A stretch of DNA of 63,871 bases, counting the filler, from Octopus bimaculoides (Eukaryota), in NCBI RefSeq assembly GCF_001194135.2. It is 4 parts of 4 records of this genome, joined end to end, with 100 filler letters (N's around TTAATTAATTAA, not from the genome) between each part and the next. Parts side by side here need not be neighbours in the genome. Positions count along the whole stretch, not along the records: positions 1 to 27,590 come from NC_069003.1; 3 more parts are not named here. One strand, given 5' to 3'. This document shows, in pieces, positions 1 through 13,989 of the stretch; the stretch's first letter is position 1, and each line of letters begins with the position of its first letter. A model generated the notes under the pieces. The model was not told the origin of the DNA. It did no database searches and saw only the letters and a program-made list of their open reading frames with translations. The position numbers and the translations under genes are program-made.

Positions 1-42
<42 letters not shown>

Positions 43-184
43 CGTATGTATGTATGTATGTATGTATTGTATAGATAGATAGATAGATAGAGATGAAAAG
101 ATACAGATACATACATACATATACATACACACATACATACATACATACATACATACACATATACACACATACACACACACACAC

Positions 185-215
<31 letters not shown>

Positions 216-232
216 CATACATACAATGGTGC
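1..232. repeat. Compound microsatellite (TA)n/(TATG)n/(TAGA)n/(TACA)n
   Basis: Directly visible tandem di/tetranucleotide runs; ORF 93-284 is an artefact of it. Confidence 0.95.
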
Positions 233-761
233 ACACATTGACACCCTGTACTCCACTGTACTCTACTTACATTCGTCTAATTAACATACATAACAATGGC
301 CGCTGTATAGGGATGTGTGTGCATTTGTATGTATAAGGTATTTTATATATCCATGCAAAAATAACTCGCATCCACACCCACACACCCACAATCAACAAAT
401 ATGCGTTAGTGTGTAGGCTCTGCTTTCCCTTTATCTCTCTGCTCCTTACTACTTTCTCTTTTTTTCTCTTTTTTTTTTTTTCTTTTTTTTTTTTAGAATC
501 TCATTCAGAAATGGGTTCATACAGAAGTGTAAATGCGTGTGAGCCTGTGTGTTTGTGCGTGCGATGTTTGTCTGTGCGCAGGCTTGCGTCTGCTTGCCTG
601 TGTAATTGTTCTTTTTTCTTGATGTTTAGCAAGTAAATTAGCAGGATTTCAGGGCAAACCAAAGACTAGAAAATAAACATTATCATCATATTCTTTATTT
701 TTACCAGCATTACTATAGACCTTCTGCGTCATTTTCTTCCAGCTTAAAATAAGACATATTG

Positions 762-1060
762 GGCACACACACACACACACACACACACNNNNNNNNNNNN
801 NNNNNNNNNNNNNNNNNNNNNNNNNNNNNNNNNNNNNNNNNNNNNNNNNNNNNNNNNNNNNNNNNNNNNNNNNNNNNNNNNNNNNNNNNNNNNNNNNNNN
901 NNNNNNNNNNNNNNNNNNNNNNNNNNNNNNNNNNNNNNNNNNNNNNNNNNNNNNNNNNNNNNNNNNNNNNNNNNNNNNNNNNNNNNNNNNNNNNNNNNNN
1001 NNNNNNNNNNNNNNNNNNNNNNNNNNNNNNNNNNNNNNNNNNNNNNNNNNNNNNNNNNNN

Positions 1061-1112
<52 letters not shown>
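762..1112. repeat. (CA)n - N gap (789-1060) - (TG)n
   Basis: Dinucleotide runs flanking an unsequenced gap. Confidence 0.95.
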
Positions 1113-1116
<4 letters not shown>

Positions 1117-1129
1117 TGTGTGTACGCAT

Positions 1130-1660
1130 TTCTTCCGGCGTGCCATGCTTACAGAGACTGGATTAGTAAGTTAGTTAAGCGAGTGATAACAGGATGCAAT
1201 CGTCAACAACAAATAGGGGTTCGTTCTGAAAAGGTCCTTTGCGGTAGAATCCATTAGATCTAGTAAATTCGTAGCGAAGCAGAAATATATGTTACAGAGC
1301 TAGAAACTTAGAAGAGGTACTTAAGAAAGACATCGCAACCAATCTCATTGAGATTGGCCTCTTCAATTCTTCAACGTGAAGCTCGGAGGCTACGCTATCA
1401 GAGCTAGGATGCCTATTCTAAGATTCGAAGGAACGAAAGACGTTCAGTGGGCCCGAGTGGCAGAGATACAACGTGGTAAGAATGCTATTATTCGCTCTTC
1501 GGTGGACTATAATGGACGCATGCTACTAAATCCCAAGCCGATGTGTATGGCTTTCCAGCAGCACTTCAGTCTAGAGTTCGGGACAAATGATAGACTGGAA
1601 CCTCGACGGCCTGCTGTGACTCTCGGCAAGAGATGTGCAATCAGTATCACTTGTTAAATG
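1130..1660 (+). mobile_element. Decayed L1/Tx1-clade LINE ORF2 fragment (endonuclease-RT linker)
   Basis: ORF 1376 (GYAIRAR..EGTK..EIQRGKNAIIRS..NPKPMCMAFQQHF) is colinear with the linker of the Tx1-like element at 50825 (GRVVRAK..KVQRNNKPTIRS..DPKYMRADFQRHF). Confidence 0.7.
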
Positions 1661-1828
1661 ATCAGTTTATCCTGAGATTAGGGATATTGACTTGCGCCCA
1701 CCTTGTCACGTATTGCTACCAATTACATACAGTCTATTTTATAGCATATTGAAGCAGTATTGTCTAAGAAAATTCAAGGAGATCTGTGAAGAGATAATTT
1801 CGGTCACGAGTTGCCAGGCTGACAGTTA

Positions 1829-1895
<67 letters not shown>
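1829..1895. repeat. (TAG)n microsatellite
   Basis: Visible perfect triplet run. Confidence 0.95.
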
Positions 1896-1896
<1 letters not shown>

Positions 1897-2479
1897 AGCA
1901 TTCATGCAGGAGTCACTTGTTGAGATGCCCTGTAAGATAATTACAGACAACGACCATTGTTAACAATTTCTGGATGGTTGTGAAGCTGTACAGTTACCTT
2001 GGTGACACATCTTCTCGCAACTTGCTACTTTAATCAAGGGGCATTTCCAGAGAGAAGCATTGATTTGAATTGATATTTAATGGGACAATTGCTTTTGTGA
2101 TGTATGACTGTATCCCGCAAAAACTCCAACAGAAGGTAAGAGCAGAAATGTTCTGAGCGTAATGAATGTTGCATTATTCAGCCAACCGAAAAGGAAAGCT
2201 GACGGTGTGTATAACCTTCAGCCAAGTTGACTGTGACATTGTGATTGATATCTGATGATAAAGTTGATTGTGGTGTCATCTTTTCGGACAGAGGACATTT
2301 GATGTTCCTTGTTACGTTTCTAAAGGAGGTAAATAAGGCGGATTAGAAATACCGGAGACTTAAGTAACTTTCGATAATAATTTTTTTAATATTTTTTAAT
2401 TTTGTATCTAAGGATAAAAATGAAATGGTTGATACCAGAACTCTCCGCGAGCATAATCCAATGAAGTGACCGATTTCAC

Positions 2480-3290
2480 ACGTCCTTCAGCAAATTAATT
2501 TTTGATTCCTCTCTTAACAGCACACATGTATTTTCAGATGAAAAGCCTTTCCACTCGACCTTAGCCTTCGGCGCACTAGCATCGTCCACGGACAACTTAG
2601 ACTAGCGCTGCCTCCACGAGAAGAGACGTACAAAAACATCCTTTCAGCGGCACAAATTCATAATCACTACATGCTTCAAGAAAATAGTATTGTAGTACAG
2701 TCATTCTACTCATAGACAACAGACAATTAAAACCTTCAAATTTTCTATAAATGCTATTTCAAAACATTTGTGATGATTTTACATAGTGACATCGTTTATA
2801 TAGCTTCTTCGAAACTAGGCTTCCTCCACAGAGACAGAAACTACTTCAGACATAATTAACTGTTGGCCCTCCACAAAGCTCTAACAAGACCCGCATTGGA
2901 TTACTGCTCATATATATAACATGATGATGCAGTTACTCATGCAAGCACCCTGGACCATGCACCAATGCTGCATCGCAAACATACCATTTCTTCTGTCGCT
3001 ATTGGAACAGTTTATATTTTCCTCAGATAATAAATATGAACGCTTCGTATAACCGAGTCCCACCTGACACTGCTCTCTTTCTTCCACTTGTCATCTCGAT
3101 TGTGTTTTCTCTTCCTCTCTACTAAACAGTCATTATCAGTTCTCTGAAATGCTCTCTCCACCCACACTAGTCCTGTTGATATACAAGCTGAATATCAACC
3201 ACATCAACCTCACCAGTGTGCAACTATCTCTTTCGACTCATAAAGCAAAGTAAGTTTTTGAAACGAACTAAAAGTAACTCTTCAATGTGA
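2480..3290 (+). mobile_element. Decayed CR1/L2-like LINE, RT C-terminal part
   Basis: Degenerate translations FSDEKPFHST (YADD region) and KLGFLHRDRNYF..LLALHKALTRPALDYCS match the CR1/L2 ORF2 motif KLG.L.R....LYK..RP.LEY; many stops and frameshifts. Confidence 0.55.
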
Positions 3291-3734
3291 AGCAAACGGC
3301 CACTAACTGGGAGCTGAGGTTGGTAAGTGCTAAAGAGACTACAGCATTAAACTTTAGTTTCATGTATTTATTCCATTGTTTTTGTGCCATTATTTCCTTT
3401 CTCTTTAACTCTTGTCTTCCTCATTGCTTTGTGTGGCTACTATATTCGAAGCATTTATCTATTGCCATTAATTGTTCTATGTTCAATATACATAGCACAT
3501 GAATATTATTACTAATAATAGCTGCAATTATCGATGTGTCTATTATTAAACAGGCATTGTTGACGGACTTGTTGTTGTTGTTTTCTTGCTAATGCTGCCA
3601 ACAATATATTTATCATGTAAATTCCTGAATTGCTGCTTGTTAAACTGATCAAATGTCACACGCTGTTATTGTGACATAACACTCAACAAGTTAACCAATG
3701 TGTTCATGTAACGGAGAAAAATATGTTCCTATAG

Positions 3735-3964
3735 ATGGTTAGAATGATGATGATGCTGGTGAGGAGAGGAAGGAGGAGGAGCAAGATAATGACAGTGGTG
3801 GTGGTGGTGGTCGTCGTCGTGGTCGTGGTCGTGGTCGTGGCGGCGGCGGCGGCAGCGGCGGCGGCAGCGGGGGGAGGTGGTGCGATAGTAGTTGTTGTGG
3901 CAGAGGCAGCGGCTGCGGCGACAAGGCGGCATCAGTGTTAGAGGTAATGGTGGTTGTAATGTTA

Positions 3965-3996
<32 letters not shown>

Positions 3997-4060
3997 GGTG
4001 GTGGTATTGGTGGTGGTGGTGGTGGTGATGACGACGACGATGATAATGATGATGGTGCTA
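3735..4060. repeat. GC-rich trinucleotide mosaic (GGT/GTC/GCG/GAT)n
   Basis: Consecutive different triplet runs; produces low-complexity ORFs on both strands. Confidence 0.85.
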
Positions 4061-4270
4061 ATGATTAATATATTTCGAAGTATGTGACACGCATCGAGAG
4101 AGGTTCAAGTTTGATATTGTCAGCTGTTAACCCCATAAATCCGTCACTTTTCTAAGTACCTTAACAGCTTCTGACAACTTAACATGGGAATATTTCCGTT
4201 GAATCTGTATACTCGTATGGATATCCCAGTCTCTGCCTATGTATGTATGTATTTCTTTCATTCTTGCATT

Positions 4271-4445
4271 CTTCTACTTGTTTCAGTCATTTGACTGCGG
4301 CCATGCTGGAGCACCGCCTTTAGTTGAACAAATCGACCCCAGGACTTATTCTTCGTAAGCCTAGTACTTATTCTATCGGTCTCTTTTGCCGAACTGCTAA
4401 ATTACGGAGACGTAAACATACCAACATCGGTTATCAAGCGATGAC

Positions 4446-4487
<42 letters not shown>

Positions 4488-4648
4488 GACGGGCTTCTTT
4501 CAGTTTCCGTCTACCAAATCCACTAATAAGGCTTTGGTTGGCCAGAGACTATAGTAGAAGAAACTTGCCCAAGGTGCCACGCAGTGGGACTGAACCCGGA
4601 ACCATGTGGTTGGTAAGCAAGCTACTTACCACACAGCTACTCCTGCGT
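4271..4648 (-). mobile_element. tRNA-derived SINE, family 1 (young, internal microsatellite)
   Basis: Closely similar to copies at 18095, 45590, 55750 and 59144. Minus strand starts with GCAGGAGTAGCTGTGTGGTAAG (A-box-like) and has GGTTCAGTCC (B-box-like). Confidence 0.9.
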
Positions 4649-4649
4649 A

Positions 4650-4822
4650 TGTATATATACATGCATGCATGCATACATACATACATACATACATACATAC
4701 ATACATACATACATACATACATAAATGCATGTTCGTATGTACATACCTGCATTTATGAAATAGTGTATGCATGTGTGTATACGAGATATATGAGTGTACT
4801 GCTTGTATTGCTATACCATCCC

Positions 4823-4883
<61 letters not shown>

Positions 4884-5031
4884 ATTCAGTACATACATGT
4901 AAGTGCGCAGTTCTAGGTGCATATAAATATATATATGTATGAATAGTTGCGCGTTTGGAGACATGCAGTGAGGAATATATATGGACAATAACATACGTAT
5001 ACATTGATACCAGCATACACACGCGCGCGCG

Positions 5032-5103
<72 letters not shown>

Positions 5104-5110
5104 AACACAC
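4650..5110. repeat. Compound microsatellite (TACA)n, (TG)n, (GC)n(CA)n
   Basis: Visible runs; source of several spurious ORFs. Confidence 0.9.
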
Positions 5111-6904
5111 ACAAGACATGCGTATATATAAATACCCATACATTCTGGCGGGAAAACTAAGGATTTAATTGACGTGATGAAATATTACGTCTACGAATGG
5201 AACAATATTGTAAAATGCCACGTGTGGGCAATATCATTTATATTGGTATATCAATTAGTTCTGATATTTCCATTAAGTAATAGAAGTAGTTCTTATCCAG
5301 GGTGCAAGAAATTGACGGTGCGAGATAAGGTCGTATTTCAATCTTTAGTTAGCTATGAGTTGTGTGTGTGTGTGTGTGTGTTTTCCAGTGAGCAAAAGGG
5401 AAACGGGAAAATACGGCAATTATGCAGTTTACAAGGTCATTTAAATAACAAACGTTTCGGGCCTTTTGCTTTTCATGAATGCCTTTCATGGCCCGAATAT
5501 GAATTACATCAGTACTAAACAGATCCATTAATGTTCTGAAAATATTGAAAAAAAAAAAAAAAAGATAGATTTTCAAGTGTTATGACATTTGTATAACGTA
5601 AGATTGCTTTTATTTGAAAAGTAAATTATAGGGAACAGTAACACACTGCACTAAATAAATATTTATAATAGTTTTATCATTCTACGATCTGAGTTCATAT
5701 CCGTTCAAGGTCGACAGTACCCTTGGACAAAAATATATCACTTATATACTGTAGTTAGGTTCAATCGATTACAACCGATTCAAAAATATTTGGCAGTCAA
5801 ATCGAGTTAAATCAATTGTCATAATTTCTCCAAATAATTAAAAGACGAAATTTAATTATGTGTATATATGTGTGTATATTCTTTGTTAGTCTGCTTCTTT
5901 CTATGAAATATTTTGCTAAATAGAATACGCCAGACATAATTGTCTCTTTAGATTAAAATGTTTAAGTTTATGATATATTTGCAACAAACATTTAATTCAT
6001 ATTTAAAATTCCTGTCACTTTGTTTTTCTATTCAGTTTCCAGATACTTTTTTTTTCCCTCGACCTTTGTCACTGAATGATGCGGCAACAATAAATAGCGC
6101 CCACTTTGTCTTTTTGCACACACCCTAAAATGGAGGTAAAGTGATATGTTAGTGTGCACATGAAAGAAGCACATTTATCATCGGTATCTTAGTTTATAGT
6201 AGGCTAGATACTTATGAAGTATGCGAAACGCCTTCAGTCTTTGTGTTATAAGGATTATACTTCAAGTGGTCATAGGGTGGCAGACTTCAAAGACAAGACG
6301 TTCAGTGCAGATTTCGATGATATATGAGTCACTCTATTCGGAAGTTGTACACTCCTTTTCATTTTATAGCTACACTAAGTGACATGGCTATGCTGTGAAT
6401 AAACTGAGAGCAAAAACAAAGCGTAAACATTTTAAGGTTCATTAGCTTCTGACGCATCCGCTATACAAAACAGGAGAATCTATTGATCTAGAAACTCCAG
6501 GGACAATAGAAATGTGGCATGGAAAGGACTACTGTCAGAAGCGAGAAAATAGCCAATTGCTTTTGAAGAATATTTCCATGAAACCACACGTGATGTGGTT
6601 TCAGCATTTACTCAAGTATTTTTGCTTTATATTTTCGATTATTTAGCATGTAACGATACATTATTTTTACCATAAATCAAAATTATGTAGATTTGTACTA
6701 TTAAATATTTTATTGATTAACATTTCTTCATACGAAACACAGACTGTTATTAAAATAACAAAATACAAGAGTAAAAATAAAAACAATTATAATAAACATG
6801 TTAATCTTGTTACTGTCTAACTTTTTTTTTTGTTTTTTTTTTTGTTTCCCTGGTTTTCTATCCTTTCCGTTTTCTCTTTTCTTTTGTTCTTTCATTTCTT
6901 TTTA

Positions 6905-6966
<62 letters not shown>

Positions 6967-7283
6967 ACGCGCGCGCGCGCCGCGTGTGTATAGAGTGGAA
7001 ACATAATCACGGATAACGTTATTGATATCAAACGTTTATAGCTATGAAAATTAGTGGATCCTCAAACATGCTCTGGATATCATTACATCCTCTGCTTAAT
7101 GTTATCAACCATGTATCACTATATAAAAGACTCCATGCCAGGGTGATCATAATAAGCTGCTTTCGTTGTCTGCCTAAATACACACAAACATGTGCATGCG
7201 CGCGCACGCGTGCTCTTGATGGGAATTTCGGAGCTTATTTTAACCGACCACCTACTCTATAAGCAGGATTGTAAAGTATAGTT

Positions 7284-7319
<36 letters not shown>

Positions 7320-7904
7320 TTTTTTTTTGTTTTTCTTTTTTGTCAGTCTTTGTGTAACCATTCGTCCTTTAAATATTTCGATTTTATACATTTTTAAAGT
7401 TCCGGATATCATGATTATTTGTGGCATATGAATTATGGAGCTGCATTCTTTTTCCAAGAATCCTATTCCCGCTATTCTTTGATCAAGAAGGTTTGTGCAC
7501 AAATATTCAGCCGAGTTGCTCCACAAATAATGAGTTGTGAATGTGGCAGTTTTGGTTTGGAAGTTTTCGCTTTTGCAAATTCTTCTCCTCAATGATTTAT
7601 AAATATCACACAAGGCCAAGTAAGCAACTGATTTCTATAACAAGGCATGTCTTCATTCTGTTATTCCGAACAACAGTATGAAATCGGACGTGTCTAAATT
7701 CGGCGAGTATTTTTATTTTTAAGTTGCACCAATATTCTTTTCATCCATCGGTCTCATTCTATTCACCTTTATATGTCACTTTTTCTTTTCGTGTTATTTA
7801 CCAGATTGTTCTGTCGACCGCATCATGTCCCATTGAAAAGTAATATCTACTGACATACTGTCATGGTTGGCAACGATGCATTTGAGGCTTTTTGTTTTCT
7901 ACAT

Positions 7905-10030
7905 TTGTTAGGAGTTGATGATTTTTGTGTTTTCTATATTAGATGCTTGGAGGAGACGTTTTGGTCTCCTTCAAAATAGACTTCAAAATAAGATGTGAGA
8001 GTTTATAGTCAGGGTACCAGAGGTGTAAGTCACGCATGAATTCACCATAAATGTCCTCTTTCTCCTGGACTTTTAATGGTACATTCACATCCACTGGGCA
8101 GCTGACCTCTGCAACAATGCATGACTTTTGTTCCCTGTCCCACAGAACAGTATCAGACCTGCTATGTTTGCACCGAATTGATGCTTTTAAAGGTGTGAAT
8201 ACCATTGTTTCTTGCTCTTAAAGATGTCAATACCTGCCCGTTCTGACATGCCTTTGAGGTATACACCAGGACAATCCTTCGGCGGATAGCATTGTAAATA
8301 GTCTATGCAGCTATACCATGCCTCGAGGGGCAGGTAGTATCTTGTAGACATTTTGGGGCAGCTGCTGACGATGTGAGTGATGTCTTCCACACTGATAAAG
8401 CGTAGCCGACATTTTTTTTTAATCAGAAAGTGGAAGTTAGGTGGTATCTTTATCCCACTTGTATATCAGGTATTTAGTAGCTATTTCTTGTTCCAGGATG
8501 GCGAAGGCATTTCATTTTAGGTGGGATATAATACACATATCGTAGGTCCAGAAGAGGTTGCTCTTCCTGTCAATGCAGTTGTTAGCCTCTAGTTTACAGG
8601 ATATGTAACTATACATTGCTTTTTGCTGGTATGATGCCTACTTCTCCAACTTTCTGTTTAGGTAGGCCAATCTAGCCTTTTTTGGGGTCACACGAGACAG
8701 TTGTATTCTCAGAGTACCTAACTGCACAATAGTTCTTCTCCAAGTCTGAAAATGTTATTGCTCTCAATTTTGAGTATGCATGGAATGTACTCATTTCTGT
8801 CTTTACTGTTCAGCGGGTGTTGTCTGAGTGAGCCATTGTGACGTTCAAAGGCTGTTTGGACAGACCTTATGCTTCTACCACCATCACATCGTCTTAATTA
8901 ACTTCTATCGGTGTCACTGTTAATACGGAATTGCCAGTGGTGCTCAGTACCATTCTGGTTTTGATGACTAGGCTGCGTATCTCATCGAGAATCCAGTTCA
9001 ATATCCTAAATGTTCGTACTGGCACCGGCACTGCGAAAATATTGAGATATGGTCATTTTAAGTGCAGACAGCTCTGAGTTCCATACTTTCCGGAGTTTAA
9101 AGGTGTACTCTTTTGTTATTCTGCCTTTAGTCACAGCACCAACGTATGAAACATTCTCATCGATTCCGAGATACTTGTAGCTTTCACCATTAGAGATAGT
9201 GGTGATAGACAAGCCTTTGATATACAAGTTCTCTGCCTGGTTTACAATCTTTCCTCGGTTGACTATCATGTATGAGCATTTGTCTTGCCCAAACTCTATT
9301 CTTATATCTCGTGAGACTTAAGAGACCAGTTCTAACTGTCTCTTGATGTCGATCATATTACCAGAATATAACTTTAGGTCATCAACAAAAAATGTGTAGG
9401 TGACATCAATTTTATTCCTTTCGACATGTAGCTTTGGCATTTTGTTAACAGAGCTGACAAGGGATACACTGACAATACAGACAACATTACAGATAAAATA
9501 TCAGCCAGGAATATGCCTGTTGATAACGTAATTATGTTTGTAACAATAGGTGTTGCTTTACTAGTTTTCAGAGTTAACTGTTGGAACCATGATGTGGTCA
9601 GTCCTTCAAGCAGCTGGTACTTTGGAAGGGTGTAGCGATTCTATCATCGATGAGTGAGACACAAAGTCGAACGCCTTCTTGTAGTTTAGCCATATTGTTA
9701 AGAGATTACGGCGAAGTTGCTTGACTTCCCAAAGAACAGCTTTGTTGAGGAAGAACTGTTCAGAACAGCCTCCATTTCTTTCGTGCTGCCTGTTGATCAG
9801 TTATCACACCATTTGTTTGGCTTTGGTCATTGGAGAAACATATTCCGAAAACCCGTATACAGTGTGTACATAACATTCAAGCAAGCTATGGGCCTATAGT
9901 TTTCGTCTCTTTGTTCTTGGATGTAACAGTTGTCCGTGCAACTGTCAATCTGGTATATTTAACTCAGCATTTATTGCTTTTGGGCTTCAATTTTTTAAAC
10001 AAAGATGTGAGATTTCCCTAAAGAACGTTA
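7905..10030 (-). mobile_element. Decayed R4/Dong-like non-LTR retrotransposon (RT + CCHC + restriction-like endonuclease)
   Basis: Minus-strand motifs in expected order: WLNYKKAFDFV (~9680), FVDDLKLY (~9375), ESYKYLGIDEN..KVWNSELSA (ORF 9006-9269), EDITHIVSSCPKMSTRYYLP (CCHC region), and RSDTVLWD..EVSCPVDVN..EKEDIY (PD-(D/E)xK-type endonuclease). Multiple stops. Confidence 0.85.
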
Positions 10031-10181
10031 GCTTTTTGTACCAGTGGCCTCGACAGTTACATAATACTCGTCAGGAGTGTTTCACTGGTGATGTTATATG
10101 TTTTAGGAGAGGGATTAACACAATTCTCCCTTCGCGATTGTATGTATGTATGTATGTATTCGTGCGTGTGTGTGGGCGAAG

Positions 10182-10330
10182 TAAGGCCAAATGGTTAAGT
10201 TCACTACGCAGCCACGAAGTTTCGGGTTCGATTTCATTGCGTCGCATCTAGCGCAAATGTCGTTTTATATAACCCCGGGTTGACCTGTACCCTGTAACTG
10301 AAGTTTGATAAACGAACACTGTAAAAAATG
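10182..10330 (+). mobile_element. Decayed tRNA-derived SINE head
   Basis: GGCCAAATGGTTAAG (A-box-like) and GGGTTCGATTTC (B-box-like), followed by sequence resembling family 1. Confidence 0.55.
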
Positions 10331-10604
10331 ACCTTGAGGAGTCGCTAAAGTCCAAAAAGCACAACCTGGTTACACATTGGAGAAGTTTTAATAAGCTATT
10401 TAAATCTCAGAGAACTTCTGCAAAATATTCATGACTCTGCCTCATTCAACGATCTCAGCATGGTCTTGTGTTCACCTCATATGTCTACATAATGCATCGC
10501 AGGACGCTTGCCAGTGAAGATGCCTCTTGGCAAAATGCTGCAGACCGAAACAACACATTGTAAACATAGATAGATAGGTAGGTAGGTAGGTAGGTAGGTA
10601 GGTA

Positions 10605-11276
10605 CAGGTTGGTCCCAAAACTTGTATACACTTTTTGAGAGCTAATGACTCACTTAATTTTCATTTCTTTTTTAAATTTAACTTGTTAGAAATATTGAAG
10701 GGACATAGAATAAGCTGTGAACAAAGGAATCGTAACTAAAGAGTTGCTGAAACGCGACTTACCATCATTCGGATTAGAGATAAATTAGAAGCGGATGGAA
10801 CTTTTCAGAATGTTCACAAGGAAGGTTCCAGAAGACTGCGGACATCGACGAGTGATACAAACCCAAAAAGGTTACTAGAAACTTCTTGCCAGAGTTCAAG
10901 AAATCTGTGCGACAAGCGAGAAGTAAAATAGGAATTTAAAAGTCAAGCGTCCGTCGCATTTTAAAGCGCTCTCATTGGAATAATTGCATTCGGAGAATAG
11001 TTCATACTGTCAATGAAGATGACCTGAACCGAAGGGTGATAGTTTGCGATTGGTATTGGCAAAATACGCAAACGATACACGTATTCCAAGAAAGATCGTT
11101 AGGAATGAGGAGGCGACATTTAAAGGAATGGCTCAGTTAACCGCCACAATAGCATTTACAGAGAGACGGAGAATCCGCATATCACGGATTTACATCCTGT
11201 TAACTCACCAGGGGTTAAAGGATAGGGAAGATTATTATCAAAAGAATTCATTGGACCATTCTGTTTTGATGGTAAC
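10605..11276 (+). mobile_element. Tc1/mariner 5' fragment, rosa/DD41D-like, 3' truncated
   Basis: TA + CAGGTTGGTCCCAAAA TIR-like start. Degenerate RIRDKLEADGTFQNVHKEGS, VNEDDLNRR, NEEATFK, VNRHN and ENPH motifs, and IGPF(C)FDG at the truncation. Confidence 0.75.
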
Positions 11277-11806
11277 ACAAACACACACGCACACATACAT
11301 ACGTACATACATACGTACATGTATACATGCGCACATACATGCATACATACATGCATACATACATACATACATAATGACGTGGAAACAAGACTGATTAAAG
11401 ACTAATATCGAGTGATATAATGTTCTGGATGCTGAAATATGACAAATCGATACTCGTAGTTTCTCGTTGGCCATTTTGGGACGATCAAGAAAAATGTGAC
11501 GTTTTTAGGAAAAAATATGATGAAAATATTCGTATATTCAGAAAATTTTTAGACAATAATACTGAAATACTTTAGTTTACCTGGTTGGAAATGCAAACAG
11601 TTTGGTAGGTAGAGTGAAAAATGCATACCTGTGCGTAAGCATGCCGTAGAGTGTTATATCAATAAATAATTGGGTATGGTGCGGGAGTGTGCGTGCGCGC
11701 GCGCATGCATGCATGTGTGAATACGTGCATGCAAGCTTGTGTGCGTACGTGCGTGCATGCTTGTGTGTATGTGTGTGTGTGCATGCATGTGTGCGTACGT
11801 GCGTGC

Positions 11807-11841
<35 letters not shown>

Positions 11842-12814
11842 CAACAATTTTATATAGATTCCTTTTGTCGACTTGTAACATTTGCTATTGTTGCAATAAA
11901 TACCAACACAATAAAACGGTTCCAAGCTGCTAACTTTCACCTCCTCACAAACTCTAATTAGATTAAGGGCGCTACTAATGACAACTTGCAAATGATGAAT
12001 GTTTGTAGCAAGTGTAACTAAGTGTAAGGGAGGTAACTTCCTCAAAATTTTTACCCTTTAGGGTAAGTTATCTTTCTTCTTTACATATTTAGCACTGGGT
12101 GTCAACATTTCATAAATGTAAATACTGCATGTAAAATTTTAACTTGGAGTCAAACATGTAATTATTAATATAGTAAACTCGGCTTAGTTCATTTTTCACT
12201 TTTATACACAATCTTCTGCTTCTTGATTTGAAAATGTCAGGTTACTCCCCACCCCAGCTTGATAAAATATCAATGATATATAGGTCGATTCCAGCAATTA
12301 AATATGTCTATCATAGAATCAGCTGTCTATACATCTGCAGGGTGATAACTGGAACAGAATCAACTGTGAATCGCTACAATAATAACTAGAGTAGAATCAG
12401 TTAACTCTAAACTCTACAGTGACAACTGTTGTAGATTCGACTGTCTATCTACACAGTGATAATTGAAAAATATTGAATAATTATGAACATAAAACCAAGA
12501 CAATAAGAGATAAACTCCGGACAAACTAATATGGCTGTCCAGCTTTAGTTGTTAAAGCCCAACCAGGTGATATACTACATTACAAGTGAAAAGTGGTGTC
12601 TGAGCAATCTCCACTTTCCATATCACTTTTCTCACTCGTCAGGATAATAGCAACAAAATAACTTCCACTATACATACATACATACATATGTATGTATATG
12701 TATATGTATATATATATATAATATTTAAAACAGCTTGAATCAAACTGTCAAATAATACATGTAACTCCAACTAAATGTGTCAAATACCTTTTTCTTTCAT
12801 TTGCTCACTCACTC

Positions 12815-12863
<49 letters not shown>

Positions 12864-12875
12864 GANNNNNNNNNN

Positions 12876-12940
<65 letters not shown>

Positions 12941-13464
12941 GACAGAGACAGACGGAGACAGAGAGAGAAAGATACTATTATTTATATATTATAATATTCT
13001 ATATCATACATACATACATACATACATATATAGCTAGATAGATTGATTTGGCTGCTATTTCTTGTAGATTGAGCACCCACGGAGAAGCACCTTAAAAATT
13101 AATTTAATCGGAGATGGAATGAAATTGGTTTACTACGAATTATCTCCCTTGGATAAAATTAAGCAACGATAAGCTCCCTTAGTTATTGTTTTTCTGTTGG
13201 TTTTTGTAAATGTTTGGTGGGTTTGGTATGAGAAGCAGAAGTTATTTATCTATTTATCAATTTTCTGTTACTCTTTGATATTTCTAGATATTTCATTGAA
13301 TGGTCTGTGGTAATATGTAGGGCACTGCTTTAAAGGGTTCAGTGAATTAAATAGGCCCGAGCCCTTCTCCTGAAGCCTGGGGCTTATTCTTTATTCACCT
13401 TTTACGCAGGTACAATGAAGGTACAAACACCGCTGTCAAGTGACACGCACACACACACACACGC

Positions 13465-13501
<37 letters not shown>

Positions 13502-13511
13502 NNNNNNNNNN

Positions 13512-13556
<45 letters not shown>

Positions 13557-13594
13557 TAAGAGTGAGAGATTAATAATGAGGGTTCTAATGGAGG

Positions 13595-13762
13595 TGGCAA
13601 AATGAGTTGTACCTGTAATTCAAATGACCGATCTTTACACATTCTGTGCCACGCTGAATCTCCCCGAGAACTACATTTGTGGAGTGTTCAACTACTTGCA
13701 CAAGAACGTCACGAGCAGGCTGTTCCGTGGTACACTCGTCGTCGTCACCAACGGAATGCCAG
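13595..13762 (+). mobile_element. SINE family 2, 3' half
   Basis: Matches the 3' half of the copy at 36500-36830 (GCTGAATCTCCC..GAGCAGGCTGTTCCG..CCAACGGAATGCCAGTT). Confidence 0.75.
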
Positions 13763-13989
13763 TTATATATATACATGGATGGGGGGCAGTCAAACGAATG
13801 CATGCAATCCGAAACTTCGAAGACACTGTCAACATTTTTTTATGACAGTTTAATTAAACGTATTCCGCGAGTTTAATGTTAGATTAATTCTATATATATG
13901 AATTGATAGAGGAGGTTATAAATAATGTAACCATAGCAAGCAATTGCGAGAGCCTTAAGGAGCTTTCCCTAAAAAAACTCTAAGGCAAA

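Noticed and set aside
3729-3941. Overlapping poly-Pro/His/Ala/Val ORFs on both strands
   Set aside because: GC-rich triplet mosaics lack stops by construction; no splice or homology support.
7257-7619. 120-aa non-repetitive minus-strand ORF
   Set aside because: No recognisable domain and no ATG start; its C-terminus is microsatellite.
10182-10240. tRNA gene
   Set aside because: A/B-box-like motifs belong to SINE heads; no cloverleaf can be formed.
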